A stretch of DNA of 63,098 nt, filler included, from an uncultured bacterium (GTDB taxonomy: Bacteria; Hinthialibacterota; Hinthialibacteria; Hinthialibacterales; Hinthialibacteraceae): the NCBI GenBank assembly GCA_964449065.1. It is 3 parts of 3 records of this genome, joined end to end, with 100 filler letters (N's around TTAATTAATTAA, not from the genome) between each part and the next. Parts side by side here need not be neighbours in the genome. Positions count along the whole stretch, not along the records: positions 21,292 to 42,459 come from CAYVAZ010000049.1; positions 42,560 to 63,098 come from CAYVAZ010000051.1; 1 more part is not named here. One strand, written 5' to 3'. Positions 41,444 through 53,338 of the stretch are shown here, piece by piece. Made by a program: the position numbers and the translations under genes. Every line of letters begins with the position of its first letter. Within the stretch, counting starts at the first letter, position 1. The notes beneath the pieces were generated by a model, which did not search any database, had not been told where the DNA came from, and worked only from the letters and a program-made list of their open reading frames with translations.

Positions 41444-41530
41444 ACTGGCGATGTCCTACTCTCCCACAGGGTGTCCCCTGCATGTACCATCGGCGCTGTG
41501 GGGACTGCCTTCCGTGTTCGGGATGGGAAC
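41444..41530 (-). rRNA. rrf: 5S rRNA, partial/degenerate (3' portion recognisable)
   Basis: Reverse complement of 5S: ctggcgatgtcctactctccc...taccatcggcgct...ttccgtgttcgggatgggaac; the 5' end is not recognisable. Confidence 0.75.
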
Positions 41531-41771
41531 CGGCGGGCCGCCGGGGACGTTTTTGTTCGATGTATTTGGTGGGTGTGACCAAGTCATAGCATCCTATGCG
41601 CTTGCTGACGGCGCTTTCATTGTTGGGCGATTCAATGAGATGGTTGATTGGCAGAGTTAAGGATGTGAGATTATTAACAAGGGGGAAATAAAGTTTTCCC
41701 TTGCCTTCACCTCTGTCGGGTTGTAGGATAAAAATCAAAAAATTACATTGTAATTACAGGATTGTTCCATT

Positions 41772-42020
41772 ATGAGAACTCGTCTTGTTCGTATTGGAAA
41801 TTCAATGGGAGTGCGGTTGCCTAAACCTATCATCGCTCAGGCTGGCTTTTCGGATGATGTTGAATTACATGTTGCCAAGGGTAAAATTACCATCTCCAAC
41901 CCAAAACAGCCGCGCCAAGGCTGGGCGGAAGCGGCAGCAGAGGCATCTTCGCGGGGTAATGATGATCTCCTTGATGAACCCACCTCCAACCAATTTGACG
42001 AAGAAGAATGGACATGGTAG
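41772..42020 (+). CDS. mazE: AbrB/MazE-family antitoxin
   Basis: RIGNSMGVRLPK...PRQGWAEA...FDEEEWTW; palindrome AATTACATTGTAATT upstream at 41741-41755. Confidence 0.9.
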   Translation: MRTRLVRIGNSMGVRLPKPIIAQAGFSDDVELHVAKGKITISNPKQPRQGWAEAAAEASSRGNDDLLDEPTSNQFDEEEWTW

Positions 42021-42349
42021 AGAAACCGGGGATTCATCGCGGTGAAGTGTATTTGGTCAACCTCGACCCAACCCGTGGAGCGGAAATACGCAAAACCCGG
42101 CCATGTGTAATTGTTTCCCCCGATGAATTGAACGCCCATTTCAAGAGTTATATTGTTGCCCCCCTTACATCCGGTAAACATGATTATCCCTTTCGCGTAT
42201 CCTGCCGCTTTAAGTGAAAACAGGGATATGTAGTCCTGGACCAAATTCGAACAGTTGACCGGGGCAGGCTGGTACGCCGGTTGGGTAAACTTTCAAACGC
42301 GACTGTTGCGAAGTCGCTGTTCGTTCTTCAGGAAATGTTTGCCCCCTGA
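42008..42349 (+). pseudogene. mazF: PemK/MazF toxin with an in-frame TGA at 42215-42217
   Basis: LDPTRGAEIRKTRPCVIVS; after the stop the same frame continues KQGYVVLDQIRTVD...LQEMFAP*. Confidence 0.85.
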
Positions 42350-42404
42350 GATTCTTTTCTACATTCTCAAACCAAAGGCAGATGGGACTTGCCCTTGGCA
42401 TCCG

Positions 42405-42459
<55 letters not shown>

Positions 42460-42559
42460 NNNNNNNNNNNNNNNNNNNNNNNNNNNNNNNNNNNNNNNNN
42501 NNNTTAATTAATTAANNNNNNNNNNNNNNNNNNNNNNNNNNNNNNNNNNNNNNNNNNNN
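42460..42559. other. Scaffold gap with linker
   Basis: N run with TTAATTAATTAA. Confidence 0.95.
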
Positions 42560-42650
42560 TACTATTTTCCGTTCCGTTATTCATAGTGAACTTTTCTATT
42601 TGAAAATGGTATTATTTTGGATATCCTGGATCAGACAAAAAGGAAAATGT

Positions 42651-43826
42651 ATGAATCCAACCATCAACGCAATTGGCAGAAAACTGCGCATCGGTATGAT
42701 CGGGGGCGGACCCGGCTCCTTCATTGGAGAGGTACACCGCATCGCCGCGCGTATGGATGACCGCATTGAACTGGCGGCAACCGTGCTCTCATCCAAACCA
42801 GATAAATCCAAAGAATCGGGCATCGCGCTGGGGATCGATAAAGACCGCGCGTATGGCTCAGCGGACGAGTTATTCGATAAAGAAAGCAATCGCGAAGACG
42901 GCATCGATGTCCTCGCCATCATGACGCCCAATGACAGCCACTACGGTCTCTGCTGCAAGGCATTGGAGAAGAAATGGGATATCATCTGCGACAAACCGCT
43001 GACGACCAAACTGGAAGATTCCATTGATTTGGTTCGGCGCGTGAATGATACCGGAACCATCTTTTGCCAGACCTTTAACTACACGGGTTACCCGCTGGTG
43101 CGGCAGGCCAAAGCGATGGTGCAGAACGGCGATTTGGGCGAGATCCGCATGGTGAAGGTGGAGTATATTCAAGGACACAACGCCACTTTTCATGAGAAGG
43201 ACGCGAAGGAACCGGGCTGGAAAATGTTTCCGGAAAAGGTGGGGCCTTCGGTTGTGTTGGGCGACATCGGCACACACGCGCATCACCTTACACGCTTTAT
43301 TACTTGTGAAGAGATCGTTAAAGTTTGCGCGGATGTTGGCGCGGTTGTTCCCGGCCGCGAGTTTGATGATTACGCGGGGGTGCTCATCCAGATGGAGAAA
43401 GGGGCACGCGGCAGCATGTTCATCACCCAGGCAGGTGCAGGCGCGGAGCATGGATTGAATATCCGCGTATTCGGATCGAAAGCCGCGATTGAATGGCATC
43501 AAGAACGCCCCGACCAGATGATCTACACGCCCATCGGCGCTCCCATGCAGATCATAAAGCGCGACGGGCCGGGGATGTATCCGGCGGCCAAGCGGGCGAT
43601 CCGGGTAGCGTTCGGCCATCCCGAAGCGTTTTTTGAAGCCTTTGCCAATTTGTATAAAGAAACCGCCGATGCCGTGGTTGCCAAGATGCAGGGCAAACCA
43701 ATCCCGGCGAGTGAAATCGAGTTCCCCACTGTGGAAGACGGCGCGAAAGCGGTGAAGTTTGTGGAGGCGTGTAAGGAATCAACGCAGAAAGGTTGTGTGT
43801 GGACGGAGAGTATTTTAGCATTTTAA
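42651..43826 (+). CDS. Gfo/Idh/MocA-family oxidoreductase
   Basis: GMIGGGPGSFIG, CDKP, GDIGTHA, GHPE.F.EAFAN. Confidence 0.9.
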   Translation: MNPTINAIGRKLRIGMIGGGPGSFIGEVHRIAARMDDRIELAATVLSSKPDKSKESGIALGIDKDRAYGSADELFDKESNREDGIDVLAIMTPNDSHYGLCCKALEKKWDIICDKPLTTKLEDSIDLVRRVNDTGTIFCQTFNYTGYPLVRQAKAMVQNGDLGEIRMVKVEYIQGHNATFHEKDAKEPGWKMFPEKVGPSVVLGDIGTHAHHLTRFITCEEIVKVCADVGAVVPGREFDDYAGVLIQMEKGARGSMFITQAGAGAEHGLNIRVFGSKAAIEWHQERPDQMIYTPIGAPMQIIKRDGPGMYPAAKRAIRVAFGHPEAFFEAFANLYKETADAVVAKMQGKPIPASEIEFPTVEDGAKAVKFVEACKESTQKGCVWTESILAF

Positions 43827-43849
43827 TCTAAATAATATTTGAGAGTTCA

Positions 43850-44098
43850 ATGCCTGAAATAACCCGTTTCTATGGGATTGTGATTAAACTATTTTTTGGT
43901 GATCATCCACCGCCGCATTTTCATGCTGTATATGGTGAATATGTCGGTGTGTTTAGTATAGAATCGCTCGAAATGATTGAAGGCGATTTACCAAATAGAG
44001 CCAAACGGTTGGTTAAAGAATGGGCAGCACAACATCAGCATGAATTACAACAGATCTGGGATACGCAAGAATTCCGTAAATTGCCTCCATTGGAGTAA
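43850..44098 (+). CDS. DUF4160 family protein (putative toxin)
   Basis: MPEITRFYGIVI...DHPPPHFHA. Confidence 0.9.
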   Translation: MPEITRFYGIVIKLFFGDHPPPHFHAVYGEYVGVFSIESLEMIEGDLPNRAKRLVKEWAAQHQHELQQIWDTQEFRKLPPLE

Positions 44099-44101
44099 GA
44101 T

Positions 44102-44359
44102 ATGAATGTTCCAAAAGTGCAAACAGCTCAGGCATTAGATGACCGGACTTTGTTGATTGAATTCGACAATCAGCAAAAAAAGAAATATGATATTACTCCA
44201 CTGCTTGAAAACGATATGTTTTCTCCATTAAAAAACCCCGCTTTTTTCAAAGCCGTGAGAGTTGAGCAAGGTGGTTATGCAGTTGTATGGAACGAAAACA
44301 TCGATATCAGTGAATTTGAATTGTGGGAGAATGGGGAAGAATTGCAATGCATAAAGTAG
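44102..44359 (+). CDS. DUF2442 family protein (putative antitoxin)
   Basis: L.IEFDN...F.PL....FF..V....GYAVVW...DI; adjacent to DUF4160. Confidence 0.88.
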   Translation: MNVPKVQTAQALDDRTLLIEFDNQQKKKYDITPLLENDMFSPLKNPAFFKAVRVEQGGYAVVWNENIDISEFELWENGEELQCIK

Positions 44360-44521
44360 ATGCAGCAAAAGAATACATTTCTTCAACATACGTGTCAAAA
44401 GGTCTTTTTGACTTATCAATTCGTGATTGCTTGATATTTTTTTCATCTGAAAATGGAATTAATTTATTTGGACTTACGGTAGGTATTAGTAGTTCATTCA
44501 TTCAGTATATCCATTTACTAT

Positions 44522-44728
44522 TTAGTCATCTTTCTTTGCGGAAACCAATCCTACTTCATTCTTAAATTCCCAATAATCATCCACCGCTTCTTGAAATGAT
44601 TGCTCTAATGCTTCACGGGTATCCGCTTCATAGGTAACCAAACCATCCACATTCAGCAATTGACCATGAAACACCGCGTCTTCTTGACTATATTCAATTG
44701 AGCCTTGAAATCCCTTATATTTCATCAT
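44522..44728 (-). CDS. hicB: HicB-family antitoxin (short)
   Basis: MKYKGFQGSIEYS.ED..FHG...FQEAVDDY. Confidence 0.85.
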   Translation of the reverse strand: MMKYKGFQGSIEYSQEDAVFHGQLLNVDGLVTYEADTREALEQSFQEAVDDYWEFKNEVGLVSAKKDD

Positions 44729-44979
44729 GGTTGAATCCCTTTCTCTTGCAAAAATTCTTGAACTTTTTTAACCATATATTTTTTCAGCCATTTGCCAGGA
44801 TGCGGTCTATGCAAAAACAACGGTGATTCGTCATAAAGAATCTTTATTCTTGATCCACTACCTTGGAGGATTTCCGCGCCTAATGACTCAAATAATTTCA
44901 CGACATCGTCCCACTTTATATCAGACCGGATTGGCACTTCATACAGTTTTGATAAAACCTCTTTATGTTTATGTTTCAT
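44725..44979 (-). CDS. hicA: HicA-family toxin
   Basis: IKWDDV..L...LGA...GSGSR...HRPHP. Confidence 0.88.
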   Translation of the reverse strand: MKHKHKEVLSKLYEVPIRSDIKWDDVVKLFESLGAEILQGSGSRIKILYDESPLFLHRPHPGKWLKKYMVKKVQEFLQEKGIQP

Positions 44980-45037
44980 CCATTTTAGCCTAATTCGGAT
45001 CTTTTGCTATTCTGAAATCTATTTTGTGTTGATCGTA

Positions 45038-45283
45038 TCAAGATGCATTTTTATAGTTTTCATAAACAAATTCTGGATCAAGATCGATTCCGCCATCCCA
45101 TTCGATGGTATCAAATAATACACGTACAGTATTGAATATGTTTGGATCCTTGAGTTTCTGAAACACTCCAAAATCTAAATACGGTTTCATATCCAGTTGT
45201 CCGCTTTCGCCATTATCAAATTCAACAAAAATAACAAAACCGTCTTCCGGAATGACTTTTGTTATGGCTGGATACATCTTCAT
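45038..45283 (-). CDS. Orphan DUF2442 family protein
   Basis: FDNGE.G.LDMKPYLDFGVF..LKD...TIEW...DLDPE. Confidence 0.85.
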   Translation of the reverse strand: MKMYPAITKVIPEDGFVIFVEFDNGESGQLDMKPYLDFGVFQKLKDPNIFNTVRVLFDTIEWDGGIDLDPEFVYENYKNAS

Positions 45284-45373
45284 ACCCTATTCAAAGGATT
45301 GCCAATACAGGACAGCGGGTTTATGCTTTTTATGGTATCAACATTCTTGTTATCTTATAAAGGGGAGACAGCA

Positions 45374-46258
45374 ATGGGGCTTGTGAGTATGAAACCGATG
45401 CTGCGTGTGGCTAGGGATGAAGGCTATGGCGTGGCGGCGTTTAATATCATCGATTTTCTTTCGACCAAGGCCATTATCGAAGCCGCCGAAGAAATCGATA
45501 GTCCGGTAATAGTACAGACTTCGGTGAAGACGATTCAGTTTTGGGGGCATTCGGCGGTGTCATCATGGGTGCATGAAATCGCGAAAGACAAAAAAGTTCC
45601 CATCGCGTTTCATCTCGACCATTGCAAAGAGGTCGATATCATCCGGCAGTGCATTGATCACAACTGGACTTCCGTGATGATTGACGCATCCGATAAACCC
45701 TTTGAAGAGAACCTGGCGCTGACCAAGCAAGTGGTTGACATGGCCGAGAAAGCCGGTGTGGGCTGTGAGGCCGAATTGGGGCAGATCGTGGGTGTGGAAG
45801 ACGATATGTTTGTGCATGAAAACGACGCGCAAATCCCCCCGCCTGAAGCCGCGATTGCGTTTTGCAAAGGGCTGCCGCTTTCCGTGTTTGCCCCCGCTAT
45901 TGGTACCGCACACGGGTATTACCAAGGCGAGCCTGATATTCAGTATGAAAACATTGAAATCATCGCGCGTGAAACCGGCATTCCCATCGCGCTGCACGGC
46001 GGCACCGGTTTGGAAGATGAAGTCTTTAAACGGTGTATCTCATTGGGGTGCGCCAAGGTGAATATCTCTACTCATTTAAAAGAAATTTTCATTGATTCAT
46101 TCGTGAACTTCCATCTTGAGAACAAAAAGTATGAGCCGCTTGCCCCGCTGAAAGCGCAGGAAGAAGTCATCTTCAAAGAGACACAGCGGTATATGACGCT
46201 CTTTGGCGGTGAAGGCCGCGGGGCATCCGATTGCAAAAACTACGATACCGCGGCGTAG
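45374..46258 (+). CDS. Class II fructose/tagatose-bisphosphate aldolase
   Basis: HLDH, SVMIDAS, EAELG, IGTAHG, LHGGTG, KVNIST. Confidence 0.92.
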   Translation: MGLVSMKPMLRVARDEGYGVAAFNIIDFLSTKAIIEAAEEIDSPVIVQTSVKTIQFWGHSAVSSWVHEIAKDKKVPIAFHLDHCKEVDIIRQCIDHNWTSVMIDASDKPFEENLALTKQVVDMAEKAGVGCEAELGQIVGVEDDMFVHENDAQIPPPEAAIAFCKGLPLSVFAPAIGTAHGYYQGEPDIQYENIEIIARETGIPIALHGGTGLEDEVFKRCISLGCAKVNISTHLKEIFIDSFVNFHLENKKYEPLAPLKAQEEVIFKETQRYMTLFGGEGRGASDCKNYDTAA

Positions 46259-46269
46259 AGTGTGGCCTG

Positions 46270-47232
46270 ATGATTCAAGCCGTTATCCACTTTTACACCA
46301 AGACCTTCGCCGTATGGGTCATCCTGTTTGGGGTTCTTGCCTATTTTGTACCCGCACCGTTTTTGGTTATGAAAGGGGGCATGAAAGAGTTCTTTGCCCT
46401 CACGATGTTCGGGATTGGGGTGGCCATCAAGCCGGAAGATTTTAAACGCATTTTGCTGCATCCCACCGTTATACTCATCGGCAGCATCGCGCAGTTTACC
46501 ATCATGCCGCTGGGGGCGTTTGCCATATCGTATGCATTCATCCTGCCGGAAGAAATCATGATCGGCCTCATTCTCACCGGTTCGGCTCCAGGAGCGATGG
46601 CGAGCAATGTGATGAGTTACATTGCCAAGGCGGACGCGGCGTATTCGGTCTCACTTACGACTGTGTCCACGCTTGCCTGCCCTCTGCTGACTCCGGGATT
46701 GACTTATCTACTGGCAGGGGCGGAAATGCATGTTCCCTTCTTTGCCATGATGATGGATATTATGTATATGGTGGTGATTCCATTGTTGATTGGATTCGCG
46801 GTACGGTATTACGCTAAAACATACGCTAAAACAGCAGTCGAAAAAATCTTGTTTGTGTTCCCGGCGATATCAAGCACGTTTATTATTTTCATCTGCGCGG
46901 TGGTCATTGCCTCCAACCGTAACTATCTGCCGCAAATTACGGGAATCGTTTTAATCACCGTGTTTATCCTCAACCTTTACGGTATGGCTGCGGGATATGG
47001 GGTGGGGAAACTGTTCCGCATGGAAACCAAACGCAGACGCGCGTTGGCGATAGAGATCGGGATGCAGAACGCAGGGCTGGGGACCGTCCTTGCGTTGGAG
47101 CATTTTGGAGAACGTGCTGCCGCGCCTGCGGCGTTGTTTGTGTTTGTGTGTATTATCACGGCAAGCGTGCTGGCGGAGTGGTGGCAGAGTAAAGACGGCA
47201 CGGCAGAAGCCCCTCGCTCCGAAACGGCTTAA
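46270..47232 (+). CDS. Bile acid:sodium symporter family transporter
   Basis: QFTIMP, PGAMASNV, EIGMQNAGL. Confidence 0.9.
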   Translation: MIQAVIHFYTKTFAVWVILFGVLAYFVPAPFLVMKGGMKEFFALTMFGIGVAIKPEDFKRILLHPTVILIGSIAQFTIMPLGAFAISYAFILPEEIMIGLILTGSAPGAMASNVMSYIAKADAAYSVSLTTVSTLACPLLTPGLTYLLAGAEMHVPFFAMMMDIMYMVVIPLLIGFAVRYYAKTYAKTAVEKILFVFPAISSTFIIFICAVVIASNRNYLPQITGIVLITVFILNLYGMAAGYGVGKLFRMETKRRRALAIEIGMQNAGLGTVLALEHFGERAAAPAALFVFVCIITASVLAEWWQSKDGTAEAPRSETA

Positions 47233-47334
47233 CAGATTGCTTCGATTGAACGCCCAGGAAAATACTTCTTAAAAATAGGTTGAATCTTTATGGTTTATGG
47301 TTCTCTTCGCATCCCTCTCTGTCCTCCTTGCGTC

Positions 47335-47823
47335 GGACATCTCCCCCAAATGCTTTGGGGGAGACAAAGGCTTTCGTAGGCTGAAAGCCTGCACCACATT
47401 TTTTTACCGTGAACACACACCAATTCATGCAAATAACAGCGGAGGTATACCCAGTTCTTAGAGTTTCATACCGGTTTTATTTCAGATTACCGAAAAAAAA
47501 AGCGTGCGTCTGGCTCGGCGGGAGCCTCGCCCTCCCAGGGCCATGGTTGTTAAAGTACGCATCCATTTACCGGCTGGAAGCCGGTGCTACCCGGTATAAT
47601 AGAAGTAAGGCCGTAAGGCAGCAGGTAGAATGGATTGAGGCTTTTTACGATCCCCAACTATTACGCTGCCCTTGGCTATCCTCTTTTGTCCCATTGGGGT
47701 GTATTCGTCCAAGATTTGTGGGTAAAGATCAGCAAACTTGGGGAAAAAAATATCGTGTTTTCAAGTTTGATTGCTTAACTCAATGACATTGACCTAACCT
47801 CCTCCATTGCATTGGGGGAGGAA
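47335..47823. repeat. Intergenic cluster of several REP-like palindrome families
   Basis: tcccccaaa...tttggggga; aggctgaaagcct; 25-mer REP at 47512-47536; accggctggaagccggtgctacc at 47569-47591. Confidence 0.65.
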
Positions 47824-47834
47824 AAACTATATGT

Positions 47835-49871
<2,037 letters not shown>

Positions 49872-50342
49872 TTAATGAAATCAGGATAATGGGAACCGGG
49901 TAAAAAAAAAGGTTGAAGAATATAACCGAGGTTAAAGAAACTATCCATTTTCGGTGGTTCGCAGTAAAAATGGTGATTTTCCCCATTGAAATACTTATAC
50001 CACACCTCTTTGCTAATTGATTAAGATAGTAAGATTTATTTCGGTTTAAATTGGTTTGCCATGAATTGGGGATATCCGCAAGATTTTGAACGATTCAAAA
50101 ATCTTTTATGTCAAAATGTATAACTTTAAAAAAAGTAATAAAAACGCTTGATTGAACTTACGCTTGGATATATTATATTGTCAGAAATACGATATTAACA
50201 TGTATTAAATGCTGATGTTATTTAGGTTGAGTTCCTCTATATATGCAATAGAGAAACATGCAGGTTTGGCGTAAACAGGTTACACACAGTTTGTCAACAG
50301 GTAGTGAATGAATGCCAAATCTCCTTCGTTGGAGGAACGAAT

Positions 50343-50780
50343 ATGGTTGAACTGAAACAGAATCCGGCAGCTCAGTTACCGCGAATCAATGTTGCTATCC
50401 CTGCTTTTATCTATGTAAATGGTAGACAAATACCACCGATAGAAAGCGAGGGTACGATTATTCGCTTTGGCTGCAACAGCCTTCACATCTGTTGTAACCA
50501 GCCTGTACCCATTCCATCTAAAGGGCAATTACGTTTTGCCTTTGAGAGTGGTAACGGCGGGGAATTTGAATTGGATGTCGAATTCAAAAGTTGTTTTCAA
50601 CGGAATGGTGGTTTTTGGTCTTGGGGCAAAAAATCCGAATACGAAATGCAGATTTCCATTACAGACGCCTCAATGGAAACCACCAAGCGTTATCAGCATT
50701 ATTTAAACCAAATGATTTTCGGAAACAAGCCGGCAAATGTTAAAATGCATGATGAACATGATACCCGATATTCAGACTAG
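50343..50780 (+). CDS. Hypothetical protein, possibly a degenerate PilZ-like domain
   Basis: GGAGG RBS; PRINV..P followed by a beta-rich body. Confidence 0.55.
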   Translation: MVELKQNPAAQLPRINVAIPAFIYVNGRQIPPIESEGTIIRFGCNSLHICCNQPVPIPSKGQLRFAFESGNGGEFELDVEFKSCFQRNGGFWSWGKKSEYEMQISITDASMETTKRYQHYLNQMIFGNKPANVKMHDEHDTRYSD

Positions 50781-51035
50781 TAGTCTTTCAATAATGAAGT
50801 GGTGGTAAGTAAATTTATTCTCCCATTGTTAAGGAGTCTTTCGTTGTTCCCCCCCCTAGATTAAGGGGGAATCGAAGCGCGCTTTCAACAATGCAATATC
50901 CCGCGGAAAATTCGGCTCCACCCCCTTATGCAAGGGGGTATAACACTGCGCTAACGCTTGCGAATGAATGAAACCACTCATTTCATGTGGATGGGTAAGC
51001 ATTCACCCATCATGTCAGCCTTGATGAACCACTGG

Positions 51036-51857
51036 TTACATCAGTGGTTGGCAGTTGGGACAAAAGTGAGTCCCCCGTCCTGCGAGAACAATTTTTTCGA
51101 TTTTGGTTTTGCAGGTTTTGCATGCTTTCCCCTCTTGATGATAAACCCGCAGCCAATGTTGAAAGGCGCCAAAGGTTCCATCCAGATGACGGTAATCGTT
51201 CGTTGAAGTCCCCCCTTGTTCTATCGCCTCTTTTAAAACCCGTTTCACAATACGGACATACCGCTGGGCTTCCATGGGCGTAATGGAATCCGCCAATCGT
51301 AGGGGATGAATTTTACAACGGTGCAAGGATTCATCCACATAAATATTTCCTAAGCCCGCTACTTTTTTTTGATCCAACAGCAACGATTTGATGGGACGCC
51401 TGCTGGAATGGACGATGGCATAAAACCGTTTCGGTTGCAACTCAAAGGGATCGGGGCCGAGCGTAATCCAAGACGTAAAGCGTTCCAATTCACCAGGCAA
51501 AAATAAGGCAAAGAAACCAAAACGGCGTGGGTCGCGCTGCCGGATTTCCCACGTGCCGTCATCCACAGAAATCCGCACATGGTTATGGTGATCGGCAGGA
51601 CTCGTTGAAGGCTCTAAAAGCAATCGGCCGCTCATACCAAGATGAATCATCAATGCCATTCCGCTTGCAAGATGCAAACACAAAAATTTTCCTTTGCGTT
51701 CCACGCGTTCCAAAATGGCGGGTTGAAACGCGCGCAAATTCCGCTCGCCAAACCGAATATAATCACGACGGATATGGAGAATACAGGTCAGTGTCTTTCC
51801 CACTACATTCCGGTACAGCGCCAATCGGACGGTTTCCACTTCAGGCAGTTCCGGCAT
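51036..51857 (-). CDS. mutM: Formamidopyrimidine-DNA glycosylase
   Basis: MPELPEVE, HLGMSG, GLGNIY.DE, C-terminal zinc finger. Confidence 0.97.
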   Translation of the reverse strand: MPELPEVETVRLALYRNVVGKTLTCILHIRRDYIRFGERNLRAFQPAILERVERKGKFLCLHLASGMALMIHLGMSGRLLLEPSTSPADHHNHVRISVDDGTWEIRQRDPRRFGFFALFLPGELERFTSWITLGPDPFELQPKRFYAIVHSSRRPIKSLLLDQKKVAGLGNIYVDESLHRCKIHPLRLADSITPMEAQRYVRIVKRVLKEAIEQGGTSTNDYRHLDGTFGAFQHWLRVYHQEGKACKTCKTKIEKIVLAGRGTHFCPNCQPLM

Positions 51858-51861
51858 ATTC

Positions 51862-53094
51862 TTAGGTGACTCTGGTCGGTATGAACTCAAGAACATGATG
51901 TTCTTGCACAAAATCAATATCGGCAGGGATCACCATAAAGCCATCGGCCGCCACCATCGAACTCAGCATTCCGGATCCCTGCTTACCCGTGTGGATCGCA
52001 ATAGGCAGCCCCGTCGGCGAGTGATGCAGAGAACAACGGATAAAATTCGTCCGCCCTCCCGGATTTTTCCACTCCGCCCCCGCCCGGCAAAACCACGAGG
52101 GATTTTTCCAATCCGTCCGGCCGCACAATAAACGCAATGCCGGTTTCACAAACAGATGATAGGCTGCCATGGTGGAGACGACATTTCCCGGCAAACCAAA
52201 AACATATGTTCCAGCTTTTTCGGCGAACAATAGCGGTTTTCCCGGTTTTACAGCCACTTTATGAAACAGGATATTCATTTCCATTTCTTGCAGCAGCGCG
52301 GGTAAATAATCTTTCTCACCCACTGAGACCCCGCCTGAAGTTAACAACACATCCGCTTCAAGCAGTCCCTTCTGAATCAATTCACGCAACTGCTCTTTAT
52401 CATCTTTCCCAATTCCCAAGAATACCGTTCCGTAGCCAAACGCGTTCAACTCGGCTTCGAGCGTATACGCATTTACGTTGCGAATTTGAGCGCTTTCGGT
52501 TTTCTCTTCCGGCTCGACCAACTCATTGCCGGTCGGCAAAACGGCAACGGTTGGATTGGTTCGCACCGGTACGTTTACGATGCCCTGTGAGGCAAGCAGC
52601 CCCTTTTCCGCGCTGCCGATCCGCATTCCTTTTGGCAGGATGATTGTATTTCGCCGTATTTCTTCCGCTTCTATACGGATATTTTCCCCTTTGCTTACCG
52701 GTTGAAATAGTTCCACACTTTGACCGTCTGAACGGGTTTTTTCAACCATCACTACAGCATCCGCCCCCTTGGGTACCGGAGCGCCAGTCATAATTTTTGC
52801 CGCGCACCCTGCCTCCACCCTTAACTGAGGATAAAATTTATCGGCGAAAATCTCCTCTACCACTTTCAAACGCACTGGATTTTCTTCATTTGCGGACTCT
52901 GTATCTTTCGCTTGAACCGCAAACCCATCCATCGCGGAATTATCGTAAGCAGGAACATTTTCAACCGCGCGAATATCTTCCGCTAGCGTACATCCCAATG
53001 CCTCCCGCCACGATATTTCCAGTGATGGCAGTGGTTTTACAGTGTTTTCAATTACACGCAACGATTCTTGATAGGTCAATAAAGGTATTCCCAT
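51862..53094 (-). CDS. moeA: Molybdopterin molybdenumtransferase
   Basis: SAMDGFAV, IMTGAP, TGNEL, SGGVSVG, KPGKP, GLPGN. Confidence 0.95.
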   Translation of the reverse strand: MGIPLLTYQESLRVIENTVKPLPSLEISWREALGCTLAEDIRAVENVPAYDNSAMDGFAVQAKDTESANEENPVRLKVVEEIFADKFYPQLRVEAGCAAKIMTGAPVPKGADAVVMVEKTRSDGQSVELFQPVSKGENIRIEAEEIRRNTIILPKGMRIGSAEKGLLASQGIVNVPVRTNPTVAVLPTGNELVEPEEKTESAQIRNVNAYTLEAELNAFGYGTVFLGIGKDDKEQLRELIQKGLLEADVLLTSGGVSVGEKDYLPALLQEMEMNILFHKVAVKPGKPLLFAEKAGTYVFGLPGNVVSTMAAYHLFVKPALRLLCGRTDWKNPSWFCRAGAEWKNPGGRTNFIRCSLHHSPTGLPIAIHTGKQGSGMLSSMVAADGFMVIPADIDFVQEHHVLEFIPTRVT

Positions 53095-53338
53095 TCCAAT
53101 TCCTTCACTCCATCGTTATGAAAAAGATTTTGGCGGGATAAATTGGTTCGGCAAGGGTACCCATCTTGTCTTGACACTATTACTTCAGAATAGAGAATAG
53201 AATGAAACGTGTTGCAAAATGAAGGAAAGCGGATGAAACCATCTGAGTCAATTGCCGGATGGCCTCTCTGCATATAGAATGCTTGCGTTTTGCATCAATT
53301 AATTTGCATCAATTAAATAGATGGGCCGAAGGGTTTTT

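Noticed and set aside
42215..42217. TGA recoding (Trp/Gly/Sec) as explanation for the mazF stop
   Set aside because: Many conserved genes here (pstB, purE, mutM) end properly at TGA and no other gene needs readthrough.
46809..46832. Short tandem duplications (YAKT-YAKT in the symporter; a 14-bp duplicate near 53290)
   Set aside because: Two-copy slippage events with no evidence of function.
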